Notes under the pieces: generated by a model
The model's database searches: none
Told to the model about the DNA's origin: nothing
What the model saw: only the letters and a program-made list of their open reading frames with translations
Shown here: positions 23,235 to 35,520 of the stretch, one piece after another
Layout of the letters: every line of letters starts with the position of its first letter
Position numbering within the stretch: position 1 is the stretch's first letter
Assembly: GCA_973895155.1 (NCBI GenBank)
Contig: OZ316892.1
Span: 15,368,861 to 15,432,860, forward strand
DNA from: Marsupella aquatica
Lineage: Eukaryota; Plantae; Marchantiophyta
DNA length: 64,000 nt
Direction: 5' to 3'
Program-made: the position numbers and the translations under genes

Positions 23235-24672
23235 AGTAGTGGACCTTGCCACCCAGCGCCCTCACCAATCCCGACACTTGCTCCTAAGTGCCCTTGGTGC
23301 CCGAACACCTCCACAGAATACCTCGAGCAAGCATCCAAGTGCCTCTAGCACCACCTGCGGCCACTCCCATACGAAGCCGCACTTGCTCACCTGCACGACC
23401 GCTACTCAACGGTCCTCAATGTCTGCACAAACAACCAAGCACCTCGGTAAGTAACCCCTCCGGATCTAGAACTTGCCCAGTCTAGCATCCTAACTCAAGC
23501 TCAACAGACATTGGTAAATAGGTCAGCGATAGGTCCTCCCGATGCCATAAGCCGGAACCAGAACCCACGCCCACTGTCCGTCCAGGACAGCTCCTTCCTT
23601 GGGCGCGGCCCGGGTTCCTCCTCGTACCTATCCATCACCAACTGACCGCCCTGACCTTAGGACATGCTCATGGCCCAATTAGCGTAGCTTGTCCTAAAGC
23701 TTGACCCTAGCAACTGCTCCTGGTTTGCCCTACTGATGGTCTAGGGACCGAGCACCCTTGGGACTCAGCCTCCACACCTACTTGGCCTTGCCTCCCCAAC
23801 GCAAGCTCCCTTGGGAGGCTGAACGCGGCTTGGCTGCTATTCGGCAGGATTTTGGCAAGCGGGCAAGCTAACACCCGCAAACCACGAGAAATCACGGCAC
23901 CCCTGGACCCATCTGAGATCAGGAGGGCGTAGCCCTCCTCAAAAGCTTTCCAACGCACCCAAGAAGTCCTCCAACGGACTTCCCGTTGGGAAGATATCAT
24001 CATTTCTGTTTGGCGGTTTCCCTTAGTGTCGCGACCATTGCGGCTCACGACTTCGGCTTGCCCTTAGCCCCCAGGGAGACACCACTCCCCTCATATATGC
24101 TTCTGGGGACCTGTCACCCCCGGACCACCTTTGGTCCCTAAACATTTGGCCCCCAACCCGGATCCCATTGCGCATAATGGGCGTGCCACCAACTGGCAAC
24201 GCCCATAACTTTCTTGATAGGCATCCGCAAGCGTAGTGCCTTAGCCCGTTGCGACCGGGCCGACCCAGTGCTCATGCCTAGGCCCTCAGGTCTGATCGCC
24301 GCTCGGGCCCCCGACCGGCCCACAACTTGTGCCCCAAGCGTCTGTTGCCAATGGGGTCAACTCCATTGGCCTTGGGCCCAAGAGGAGCTCACTCCCAAGC
24401 CCTCATAACTCAAAGTCCATCCAACGGTCCGGACGGCCATCCTTGAGCCCGGCTCATTTCCCCTTGACCCGACCAGCCATAGGCTAGTCCAAGTCCTTAG
24501 TTTGTGTCCCCAGCTTGGCCCCTTGCCTCGCCAGTGCCACATCTCATTGCCCACAAGTCTCCCCATGCTAAGTCCTCCCTGGATGGCCTATCCGGGCCTG
24601 GACCATAAGGGAGCTTGGCGTCGGAGTCAGCGATGCCGAAGCTAAGTGTTAAGGTAGTCGAGTTCCGCGACT
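23235..24672 (-). repeat. Chromovirus 5' LTR (1438 bp)
   Basis: Followed on the minus strand by 2 nt and the Met PBS; repeat of 12198-17527 without the insert. Confidence 0.93.
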
Positions 24673-27600
24673 TAATGCATACACAAAACCAGGCATGAAG
24701 ATTACCTGCCATTGACCAAACGTCTTGAGATTCTTGTTGTACCTGACCAGGGCTGGAATAGTGAGTACTTCCTATCTCGCCAACGCAACTGCTTTCCTTT
24801 CTTTAAAATTTTGCTGAACATATACCCACATGCGCTCCATCAACTTGCAAGGAGCAAATTTGCGCAAGGGGAGTAAGCCTGAATTTGCTTGCTCAACAGG
24901 GTTGCTTGTAACCTTTGCCATGCGGGGAAGTGGAAAGGCTTCCCTGGCATAAAGTTTTGCATCAAAAATTCTGATGTAGTCTACAACATTTGCATTCTCA
25001 TGTGCCTTGACGGACTCTGCCAGTCGCTTCAAACATGCTTCAAATCTGATACAGGTGCACAGGGATTTCAAACATTGATGTTAATGTATACAATCATGTT
25101 ATACATAGAGAAAACATTTGTGTGAGTGATATGTACTTCACATTCTGTATTCGAGGAGAGGTAATATTATTGTATTGAACACTGAGTATGCGGTGTATAC
25201 ATAAGAAGACAAATGTATGTAGAATCAAAGCAATGAAGGTTTTTGGACTTACTGTCTTTCATCGTTGGCATATATGCATCCTGTAAAAATATCTGCTGCT
25301 GCTTTGCCATGCCTGTTCTTGACATTAGCTCTCAGGTGGTTTGCACATGCTGCATGTATCTTACCTGGCCACACGTAACTCACAGCGGCAAGTAGACCTT
25401 TCTGTCGGTCTGATATGAGTGGCATGTGAGGCGATTCAATGCCGTAGAGTGATCTATCTACCAATTTCAGAAACCAGATCCAATTATCTGTGTTCTCAAC
25501 TGGAGCTACTGCGTAGCATAGAATCAATCCCGAGATCAATCCTTGGCCATTTCCATCCAAACATGTAGCTAAGAACAGTTGAGTGGGGTACTTCCTGTTC
25601 TTTGTATGACATGCATCAAGAGAGATGAGAGGTTGAATGTAGGTACATGCTTTTCATGTAGCTGATGGGCAAATGAATGCTCGACAGAAAACATTGGAGT
25701 TTTCCATTGGGGACCAGACTGCCACTGCACCAGGGCCAGTCTCTCTCACCCTGGTAATTAATGCTGGAATCATTTGAAACGTGTATTCCTGCCCACCAAG
25801 GTGCAGATCCCGTACATAGTCTTTTGCTCGCCACATTTGGTGGTAAGTGCTGTTCTTTTTATAATCCCCTTGAAATCCGCAGAGTAGTTCTTTGACCGGC
25901 ACCTTCAGATTTCTACACACTCTAGGCACCAGTGTGTCTCCTAACCACATTGCCTTTTGTGTTGGGCCCCTCCACTTGTGTTTACATGCTGGATAATTGT
26001 GTTTCAGCTCACACACAGTAATGATATGAGCCCCGCTGTGAGCTTGCCTGTGACATCGGACCCTGAATGGGCAGTAGGCTGAACAATCAAAACCATCTTC
26101 ATCGTACTCTGGCGGGGGCCTAAACCTAGAAAACTCCCCGCATACTCCTGTGGTAGAAATCTTCCTGACTTTTACCGTGCCAGGGGCATGTGACCCAGGT
26201 AGCCACACACTACTATGCTGCACTACTGTGCGTGGTTTCTTTGCCATCGTTGTGTTCCTCTGGAGATAGTTTGGATCCAAAGGTCCAAGGGGTGCACAAA
26301 CCTCCTATTGCAATCCACACAGAACATATTCATGTCATTGTATATGGAAAGACAGGAGACAATGATGTCATTGTATACAAAATACACACCACAATGGGGA
26401 TGTTTATATGAAACATAGAAGACACTCATGACATTGTATACAAAACATTGATGGTAAAATGCAAAGAAGACATTCCGGTTGAGGTATACCTGTGGAGCAT
26501 TTGTGAGAACAATTGCTCCAGACTGGTTTGTTGATCCTGTCATCTGTTGAATAGCAATTTGAAACTCATGATCTTCCATCTGCAATGGCAGCACAAACAT
26601 ACCATGCATCAAAACACAGAGTGACAAGTATTACATTTCTAACCCTTCAAAAAAACCACAATGATATAGGTATGGACTCTTGAAAAGCTTTACCTCTTCC
26701 GCTATCAATAATGGTTACGCATAGGCATTGTGTGTCCTTTGTGTCCCCCTTGGTTTGGATGTCATTCCTCTGTCACGGAACCCACTATACTCACCGTAAC
26801 GACTGTTATAGTGCCAATCTGATTCATGTTCATCTTCATCATCCAATTAATGGATATACACTGAATCTTCATCTTCTGAACTATCACTACATTTAGAACT
26901 GTCTGGCCCAGGTCTGATGTCACCACTTGACTTCCTTTCATGTCGATGAGCAATCTTACTAAATCGGCAAACCCTTGTTCAAAAATTGGGGGAGGTTTTA
27001 AGTCTATACACTACTCGGCCATGCATCACAGCCCATGAGTCCAAACATCTATCAAATTCATCAAAATTGCTAAAACGCTCGCCCAGATGAATGCGAGCCG
27101 CCTCTGCTTCCACTGCCAAGAGCATTGTAGAATACATAATGAAGAACGTCTACGGGTGCAACAACTTCAACAATGCAAAACTTATGATTCATACAGGAGC
27201 AACTTCATACTTAAGCCAAACAAATCCTCCAATTTATACTAACTTGAAGCACAGTAGATTCACCTTCTTCGGGACTCTTCCCATCCAGGATTGATTTCAG
27301 ATTTTTCAGATGTCTTTGTGTTGTTCCTCGCCTTGCTCTTTGTGGTGATTATCTGTCAGAATCGGGAATGTCCACCTCACAGACATCCCCTCGACGCCAA
27401 AGATTGATGTCACTTACATCATCTGCCATCCTGTACTTCAATGTGCATATGAGTACTGTGCAGAGGTTAGTCATGTCCATTTAACGTAAAGCTCAAAAAC
27501 ATTTACTAAGCCACATGCAAAAGGGCTCTGCAGCCCATGAACTGACGTCGTTTCCTAACATTGTTTGTGCCTTCAGTTTACACATTCTAACATCTGCACA

Positions 27601-28796
27601 GTAGTACCTTGTTTTCCTGTGCAATCGATGGTGGCAGGTGCGTGCGCCGTGCGCCGTGCGCCTCGTGGAAAGTTGAGTGTACTTGTTATCAAGCATGGAC
27701 AAAAGTTGGGATGGGAGGATATTAAAAAATGCGGATCGAGATCAATTTACAAATAGAATACAATCATGTCAATGTATTTGCATTCATGTAACATAACCCT
27801 AATGTTGATCGTGGCGGCGTGGATGGGCAAATGCCCGATTTTGACTTCTAATTACGAGGTCCCGTTGCCTGATTACTGCGCGCTTGACCCTAAAGTGCCC
27901 CGACAATGTGCGCCCGACAATGTGCACCCTAAAACAGAAATTTTGTTGAAGACATAAACCATGAAGTATTCACGCTCATAAGATAGTGCGAGAACGCAAA
28001 ACCTCGTAGTTGCGGCCCGATTGCAACGGAGTCGCGTGGTCGACTACGGGAGGCGACCCTACGTGGTGGCATGGCTCCCAATTGTGCAGTATGGCCTTTA
28101 CACGGGGGAAACTGTCTTACACGGGAGAAAAGGGTACGGGCCATAATGAGGGGGCTGACTGGGGCAAAAAAGTTTGGAGGGGGCTGATCAAGTAAAGTTT
28201 CTCCTGAAGGGGGTCTATTGTGCATATCCCTCATCAAACTGATGTATGTTATCAAATCTGTGTTTTGAATCATCCCCGTTATCATTCCCATAAGGGTACG
28301 ACGTTTCTCTAAAAAAAAAGCCTGCATACGTTGCCCAAGTGTTGACAAATTTGCATAACTGCCAAGTACTGCCTTGACATTGAACGACCCCTAAAAAATA
28401 AATTAAGAGCACACTCGTGCTGATAACGTGTTACAAACCAAATACACCAACAATGATATGATCTTCTATTCCAATGAGAGAATATATACATATGGTAACT
28501 CTGGTTGGAGTTAACCATGGGTTCTAACTATAGTTAGTATACCCAATCATAGTTAGGGTATAATACATATGACTCAATAAAGTTATCCGCAATGTGTGTG
28601 ATTAAGGGCGACTTGTCGTGACTTGTACGTAAATTAAAGGGTGAGTTAACTTAAATGGAAACTTCAAGTACTCAGGGGCGAGAAACAGGGTGAATCCCGT
28701 TTTTTGTCCTTCCAACAGTGTCGGGCCCTTCTCACCGCGAGTTAGTGCCAGCCGTGAGTTAGTGCCAGGACGTTCTGCTCTTTCCTGCCCCCAATG

Positions 28797-29030
28797 ATGC
28801 ATCGTGCCTTCCTGCTCAGGCCCGACATTGCTCAAGCCCTCCATAGCTTCAAGCTGCTGATCGAGCACTGCCTAGCTTCCTTGCCTCCATTGCTCCACAC
28901 TGCATCGTGCCCCTGATTGTGCCTCCATCGCTGCTGCTCAGGCCCGACATTGCCCACCTCCATAGCTTCGAGCTGCTGAGCACTGCAGCCCAGCTTTGGT
29001 TCCTCCATCGCTCCATCCTTGCCTCCATCG
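28797..29030. repeat. Degenerate ~120-bp tandem duplication
   Basis: ctgctcaggcccgacattgc..ctccatagcttc..gctgctga..gcactgc occurs twice. Confidence 0.6.
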
Positions 29031-29773
29031 GGTATCTTCTAACTCAAGTGGGAGGTTAACTTTCTTAACTCAGTTCTTACAAGGGAACTTTAGGAGAGTT
29101 TAAGGAAACTCACTGAAAAGACCAAATAGGGACTCTGGCCTTGAGTTTGGCCCCTTTACATTAAGGATAACTTTAATACGTGATGACAATCGGGAGATTT
29201 TGAACATCCGGGGGTAAGAGCCGGGTAGACTTCGGCGGCAAACCCTAGTCTCCTAAAATAAACCCTCGTTGGCACCGGTTTTGGTACCCAACATCACCAA
29301 CCGCCCCCTTCCACACGGAATCCCCGACGTGCCGTGAATTGTTGCAAGCGAAGTTCAAGTGAAAACCCGGCAGTGCAGTAGGAGGGAGGCCAATTGGGGT
29401 TGTGGTGGCAATTTATAGGGTTTGTGAGCTCGACCATTGGCCAGAGAAGCTTTAGCCTTCTCAGCGACTGTTTTACTGGATCTTTTCAGTCGGATTTGAT
29501 TCGTCTGGGTGATTTTGAGTTTATTGTGCTGAACTTCGTACTGTTGAAAGGTCAGCGAGTGAGCGGAGTGAGTGAGATTGACTTTTGTGGTTGGGATAGA
29601 GCTTTCGGTTGGTGCATTCAGTTAATCTAAGATCTCAGAGCGAGGGAGATGATATTCTAGAATCCATCCTCTTCGGAGTCGCGCACTGTTGTACGGTGAT
29701 TCCGGTAATTGCTGTTTTGGCTTTTGGGTTGGAGCGCAACTCTTGATTTACCGGTAGGGACAGGCAGAGGGGC

Positions 29774-30556
29774 ATGATGGCAACAGCTACAGATCCATTG
29801 CCCCCGATCACCACTTCAGACGAGAAAGCCGTGCCTGATAGTACCACTGCAGATGAGAAAGTTGCTCCGACGACTACCTCTGCAGACAATTATATTACCT
29901 CTGAGATTACATCTGGAGATGAGACCAATGTGGATGAGAAAGACGTACCAGAGAGACCTGCCCAAGAAGAGGAAGAAGAGGAATGTGGTTTCTGCCTTTT
30001 CATGAAAGCTGGCCCTTGTAAGGAACAATTCGAGCAATGGCAGGAGTGTGTAGAAGGAGCTGAGAAGTCAGAGAAGGATATTGTGGAGCAATGTGCACAG
30101 ATGACCACGCTGTTGAAGGTGTGCATGGAGGCAAATCCTCAGTATTATGGGCCAGTTTTAGATGCAGAAAAAGCCATGCAAGCTGACATTGATTCTGCAG
30201 AAGAAAACAGGATGGATACATCTAAATCGTCGGAGCCTCCTGCTGGAGAAGGCGTGGATAGTGGAGATAGAGAGCAAACTGTTGAGACCCTGGAAACCAG
30301 TATGGATGGATCTAAATCTTCAGAGTCTCGTGCTGTGAAAGGCGTGGAGAGCGGAAATGGAGTGCAAACTTTTGAGAACCTGGAAACCCATACGGATAGA
30401 TCTGGTCGTTCGGAGTCTCTTGCTGTAAAAGGTGTGGAGAGTGAAAATGGAGAGCAAGCTGTTGCGACCATGGAGACAATGCATGTGGTCATAAATGATG
30501 ACGGACAGGTTGTGGAGGCGGTCGACCTTGTGGAGGTAGAAGTCAACGCGTTATAG
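29774..30556 (+). CDS. GCK-domain protein with three C-terminal 30-aa repeats; coding region intronless
   Basis: ECGFCLFMKAGPCKEQFEQWQECVE..DIVEQC..LKVCMEANPQYYGPVL is the plant GCK-domain signature; 260 aa. Confidence 0.9.
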   Translation: MMATATDPLPPITTSDEKAVPDSTTADEKVAPTTTSADNYITSEITSGDETNVDEKDVPERPAQEEEEEECGFCLFMKAGPCKEQFEQWQECVEGAEKSEKDIVEQCAQMTTLLKVCMEANPQYYGPVLDAEKAMQADIDSAEENRMDTSKSSEPPAGEGVDSGDREQTVETLETSMDGSKSSESRAVKGVESGNGVQTFENLETHTDRSGRSESLAVKGVESENGEQAVATMETMHVVINDDGQVVEAVDLVEVEVNAL

Positions 30557-32191
30557 GAAGCAGTGCATCGGAAGTGAGGACCCAGAGATTCAGCAAATAG
30601 GTTGTCATCTCCGGAAGGGTGGAATTCCGGTAAGGTTGTAAGCTTGGCATTCCTCAGCCCTTTTCTAAACCCCTTCAGTCAATTGAGCTACGGTAGAAGC
30701 AGTTGTCATGACCATAACATCGTTCAACCTTAATACAGGTACACTATTGCACTTTCTACGCCAGAGAATAGCATGAAACGAAAATGAGTACATTATGCAG
30801 GATTCATGAATTTCTCAGCTACAACAGGAAGGGATAGTGATCGAAAATGATAACCGCTACAAGGTTGGAGCGGTAGGGCCAAATTTGACGATGGGGCTGT
30901 TTTCATCAAACCTTTGTCGTGTAGTCTAGAGCATAATTCTCCTGTGACGAACGTTAGGGTTTAGGGTTTAGCCAATGTATCGGATGAGTAACTGATCTCG
31001 TAACGGGATGGTTTACCACGAATGAGGCAAGTTTTTGAGGGCCTCTCTCTGTCATTTTATAGATTCATTATTATTTTGGGCCACCCTTACCATAGAAGAA
31101 TTCGGGCCCGGAACCAAGTACATGTCTTGACATCCAAAAAAAAGGATCAAGATTCAACTGCTGTCGTCAGTGTGGGAAAGTCGACAAGAATGGGAAGCAA
31201 GGAGCCCTCAAGTTCGGGTTTCAAGGACACGGTTTTAGAGAAATAGAAGCGTGTAGCATGGCAGGTTTCGGTAATTTTGACGATATCAATGGTGTTATCT
31301 TTTGGGGCAAAATGACCTTCATCGCGTCGAAGGCTGAAATGGTAGGTCTTGCAGTCACATGACAACAGGCCGTTCTTTGCTCTCACTGCTGAAGTGTAGA
31401 AATCTCTAGATTGCTTTGAGTTCTTACTCGGACGCTGGGTGTGAATACAAATAGTGCATTTCCTTAGAGAGTTTCAGTCCAAATTGCCGTCATGACGCCG
31501 GATATTGTCAAGTGGACCACTGAGTTGAAGAGTCTTACGATGGTAGCATATCTGTGTCAAATCGTAGAGTTTCAATCGGGTGTTCACAGAAGTAGCCGAG
31601 CGTATCGTGAGCCTTGGAGATAGGTTTGGGCTGCTGCATTGTAAGGAAATCTCTCTCTCGAACACCGATTGTGACAGTGCGTTGCCTGTCTTCGATCGAG
31701 TCGAACTCGTGTGGTTGGTACTAATCCCTCGCATGAGATGGGTACTATTCAACACATCCTTCAAACATCCTTTGTCACTGAGCATGATCTCTCTCTGGCC
31801 TTTGGCATTCTTTGTCTCTTCAAGTATGATTTTTACAATCAAATGGATCGTATCCACGGTCTTTATTGTTAGACTCCCTTTTCGTGCCAGAGAAAGTTCT
31901 GGAGTAACTTACATGCAAATCCTCCCCAAATTGGACTAAGTGAGCAGGTTGTCCTGGAGTACCATCGTTGAAGTAGATCCTTCCCCCCAAAAGGAAAGGA
32001 ATTTGGAGCCTAGAGGATTCTAGCCCCCCGAACAGTCAAGCTTAACAATAAAGTTGGACAAGAAGATTTACAAATGTCCACAGCATTGGTGGAGTTCCAG
32101 GGAAATGACATTTTCATACCAATCCAAGTAACCATGAGGTTTCCTCACCTAAACATATATTGCAGTGGAGTTCCATTTCCCTGGATGATTA

Positions 32192-33898
32192 TCTTCAACT
32201 ATAATACTCGCTAAAAGTTGTCAATAGTTACAAAAAAAGATTAAAGTTGTCAGTAGTTACAAAAAAAGATTTGGTGGGAACATTGGCTCACCATTGGAAA
32301 CCTTTAAAAAAAGATTTGGTGTCAATCGTCCTTTTACAAAAAAAGATTTGGTGGGAACATTGGCTCACCATTGGAAACCTTTACAAAACAAGATTTGGTG
32401 TGAACATTGGCTCACCATTGGATTTATGTTACTTATCATTTATTCTCACCTTTGACGAGTTACAAATGCGTGGAACCATCGCAAACAACACAATAAGGTA
32501 CCTAGGTGGTAACTGGGTGATAATAATTGTGAGGGAACACCTAGTAGTTAAGACAACATAATTTTTTGTCACACATGAATATTTAATAGTTTATGCAATC
32601 ATTAGATGCAAAAGTAGTTTGTATAATTGGAAGGAATTAGATGTATAATTAGTAATACTCCAACTAAATGGGTTTATTTAATTTTGAGCAATATATTTAT
32701 TAGTGGGAAGGGAATTTTGCAGTTTTATTTTTTTGTTCTTTCTCAAAAAGCTAAAATTTGATTTTCCCTTTTAATGTATCTTTGATGTAACGATAGGGGG
32801 AAAGGAGTGTCTCCCATATAATACCCTATTCCACCAAAAGGATGAAATAGTTATTTTCCAAACTCAAAAAAAAAATGGTAATCAATCTTAGACCTTTATC
32901 AAACATTGTTTTTTTTTACACCGTCAGATCTATCCATACACAACATTTCAAATAAATGTTTACCCTAACTACAATTTAGCCTGCCTGCACCTACCCAAGG
33001 TAATAACTTAATTTTAAATAATCAACTGTATTTAAATTTAGAAAAATGGGGAGAAAACTTTTATTTTTTTAAATGGAATGTAAATCAAGCACATAAAATG
33101 CTTATTTCTCTATAAATTAAAAACTTTAATTAAAAAACACATTTTTCCCTGTCACTCGGTTAGACTCTATGATGCGGTGGTTGCTATCTCGCTTTTCCAA
33201 TTTTATGTGCAACACGAGTTACAAAACACAACCACAACAATTGTATGGCCAAAATTGCGCACAATACCAACAACTACATGGCAAAGCTCTTTTATATGTC
33301 TCCTTAGCATCTTTTCTCACTTTCAGATATTTTTCTAATCTTTACATATGTATTGCTCTTCAACATCTTTGACTTGCCTTCACATCTTTTCCTCATTTCC
33401 CCATTTTTCTCACATCACATCTTTACCTCACCATGAAAGTTTTTCCTCACTTGACATCTTTTTCTCTCCTCCACATCTTCTCTCACCTTGACATCTTTAT
33501 CTCATTGCGACATCTTTCCCTCATGCTCAACATTTCTTTCCTCAACATCTTTTCCCCATTTTTTACATCTTTTTCTCACTTTGCCATCATTTCTCTCCCC
33601 GACAACTTTTCCTCACCTCAACTTCCTTTTCTCTCATCGACATATTTTTTCATCTCAACACCCTTTCCTCACCTCGATATCTTTTTCTCACCTCAACTTC
33701 TCTTTCTCTCCTCAACTTCATTTTTTCTCATCGACATATTTTTTCATCTCAACACCCTTTCCTCACCTCGATATCTTTTTCTCACCTCAACTTCTCTTTC
33801 TCTCCTCAACTTCATTTTTTCTCATCGACATCTTTTTTCATCTCAACATCTTTTCCTCACCTCAACATCTTTTGTGCAACACACAGGCATGGGGCTAG
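32192..33898 (+). mobile_element. Non-autonomous Helitron with internal ~60-bp and 94-bp repeats
   Basis: 5' A|TCTTCAACTATAATA; 3' gtgcaacacacaggcat..CTAG|T; no TSD. Rejoined flanks (ggatgatta|tttgtctata) match the neighbouring intact ~90-bp repeat unit (ggatgactatttttctaca at ~33981). Confidence 0.75.
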
Positions 33899-34679
33899 TT
33901 TGTCTATAATTCCAAAAGAATCCAAGTAACCATGGGGTTTCCTCATCTAATTATATAATTGGGGTGCACTTCCACTCCAAGGATGACTATTTTTCTACAT
34001 TCTTCATACCAATCCAAGTGACCACAGGTTTCCTTGTCTAAGTATATAATTGAAATTGAAAAATATGCTTCAGGGCCTACATGCTCGAGGGAAGCCTCTA
34101 GAGTGTGACTCTAGGGACATATAAATTCGGGGTGCGGTGGGAAACAGGTGGGAAGGGTTAGGGTGAGTCTCTGAAAATCCTCATTTCTAATTACATTCAA
34201 AGTACCCACACTCAATCATACGCATGTACTCAAGCTCAATTCTCATGGTCCACACGGGTGGAGCAAGGCCCAATCATTGTCATCCTCGTGACCAGAGAGC
34301 ATGACAAGTACAAACTCAATCACATCTATGATACCAGTAATAACATGATTTGCTTCAGATGTCTAAAATTGTACCACTAGTCAACCACATTAATATGCAA
34401 TCCACTTCACTCTGCGGGATGGTCTGTTTATGAAAAGCAAAATGGCTAGAACAAATCCTGGCCACCCTCTGAAAAATGATTTTTCTGTCACTGTTGGATC
34501 CACCTCGAAACCACTTCTAAACCCTTCATGCCTCACCTACCCATGCCCCCTCCTCCTTGTGGCCTGCGCCTCTTGTGAATGGGCAATGACTGCCTTACGT
34601 CACCTCACATACGGTGCCTTTCTATTTTTGTCCTGAACTTGCACCAGTCCACCTGCCCTGCTACCAACGGATAGAGAAG

Positions 34680-35085
34680 GTTAGTATGACCCTTAGTGCT
34701 CTCAAATTTTGGACCCTGTTGGGGAAGTAGGAGCCAAGCTATCTGAGATGTATTGGTAATCTTGCCCCAAGAAGTTGCTTACAAACAAAGGTACGCTAAG
34801 TTGGTGATCAAGGTAGCACAAATCAACTACAATAAGGTTGCTATCACCAAAGATTTGGGATACAACAAGATCCAAGACTACATTACCAAACTGTTCATCA
34901 ACAATAAGGGATTTTGGTCTGTGGCTGAGGCAATTTTGGAGGTGTTGGCCAAGCATTATATTTCAAGTTGAAGGATGGCCAAAATCTAACCCAGGCGGAG
35001 TTTGACAAGATTCCAGACTACATTGATCAATAGCTTGTGGCCAAGCGGAGAGAGGAGAAGATCAACAATCAACAAAAGTATGCAA
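34680..35085 (+). pseudogene. Decayed fragment homologous to the N-terminus of the 13562-16009 protein
   Basis: VSMTLSALKFWTL..GEVGAKLSE..AKLVIKVA..DYITKLF..SVAEAILEV..LTQAEFDKIPDYIDQ aligns with VSMTLIALGFWTL..AKLVTKVA..DYITELY..SVAEAILEV..LTQAEFDKIPGYLDQ. Confidence 0.85.
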
Positions 35086-35520
35086 CAATCTGGGGCAACA
35101 ATTCACTTATTGTCTGTCCTTGTGACGTTATTTGTTCTTGTGTTGGATCAAATGGATGTTTTCACGATATTCTTGATAAAAATTTGGTTGAGCCCATATT
35201 CAAGAGACAACTAGCTAGCTTTGTAGCCAAAGGCAAAGAGGATTTGGTATGCAGGTTTCTCAAATCATTGTATGGTTTGAAATAAGCTCCCAAGCAATGG
35301 AGAAAAAGATTTGACAACTTCATGTTGTCAAAAGATTTCAAGCAGAGCAATTTTGATCATTGAGTGTATTTGAAGCGTGTGAATAATGTCATGTTTGGTT
35401 TCATTTTTTGGTATTATATGTTGATAAGGAATACGCTCATAAGGAATACTTATAGCCTTGCAATTATCTTCCTTGCATATTTGCCTTGTGTCAACCAAAG
35501 CCATATCTTGGATGTTTGAT
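35086..35520. mobile_element. Copia RT fragments (plus strand 35086-35430; short minus-strand piece ~35450-35510)
   Basis: LDQMDV..KEDLVCRFLKSLYGLK*APKQW; minus-strand LWLTQGKYARKIIAR. Confidence 0.75.

Larger units (their letters stand above)
12198..24672 (-). mobile_element. Ty3/gypsy chromovirus, decayed, with AGT...ACT termini, in a MULE transposase intron
   Basis: TSD TAATG (12193-12197, 24673-24677); LTRs 23235-24672 and 12198-17527; Met PBS (gctctgatacca 23221-23232); PPT ~17531-17540; order gag-PR-RT-RH-IN-chromodomain. Confidence 0.93.
11206..27429 (-). pseudogene. Mutator/MuDR-family transposase, multi-exon, with nonsense mutations; one intron interrupted by the chromovirus
   Basis: Exon 26259-25253 (ISLDACHTK..LDGNGQ..YAVAPVENTDNWIWFL..LISDRQKGL..HAACANH; TGA at 25654); exon 25045-24706 (KVTSNPVEQAN; TAG at 24772); exon 12058-~11437 (SWIM CTC..WPCEH; knuckle CSKCGQVGHNQRSC); probable last exon 11325-11206. 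Upstream acidic exons 26490-27429 are less certain. Confidence 0.88.

Noticed and set aside
12196-24679. Canonical TG...CA boundaries for the chromovirus
   Set aside because: Nearby TG and CA dinucleotides give no matching TSD and are not shared by both LTRs.
30954-30971. Telomere-like TTTAGGG/TTAGGG repeats (also ~59527 and ~63024)
   Set aside because: Only 2-3 units each; at most telo-box-like motifs, not interstitial telomeres.
33433-33909. Phe/Ser/Leu-rich 'membrane protein' ORFs
   Set aside because: By-product of a pyrimidine-rich 94-bp repeat within the Helitron.
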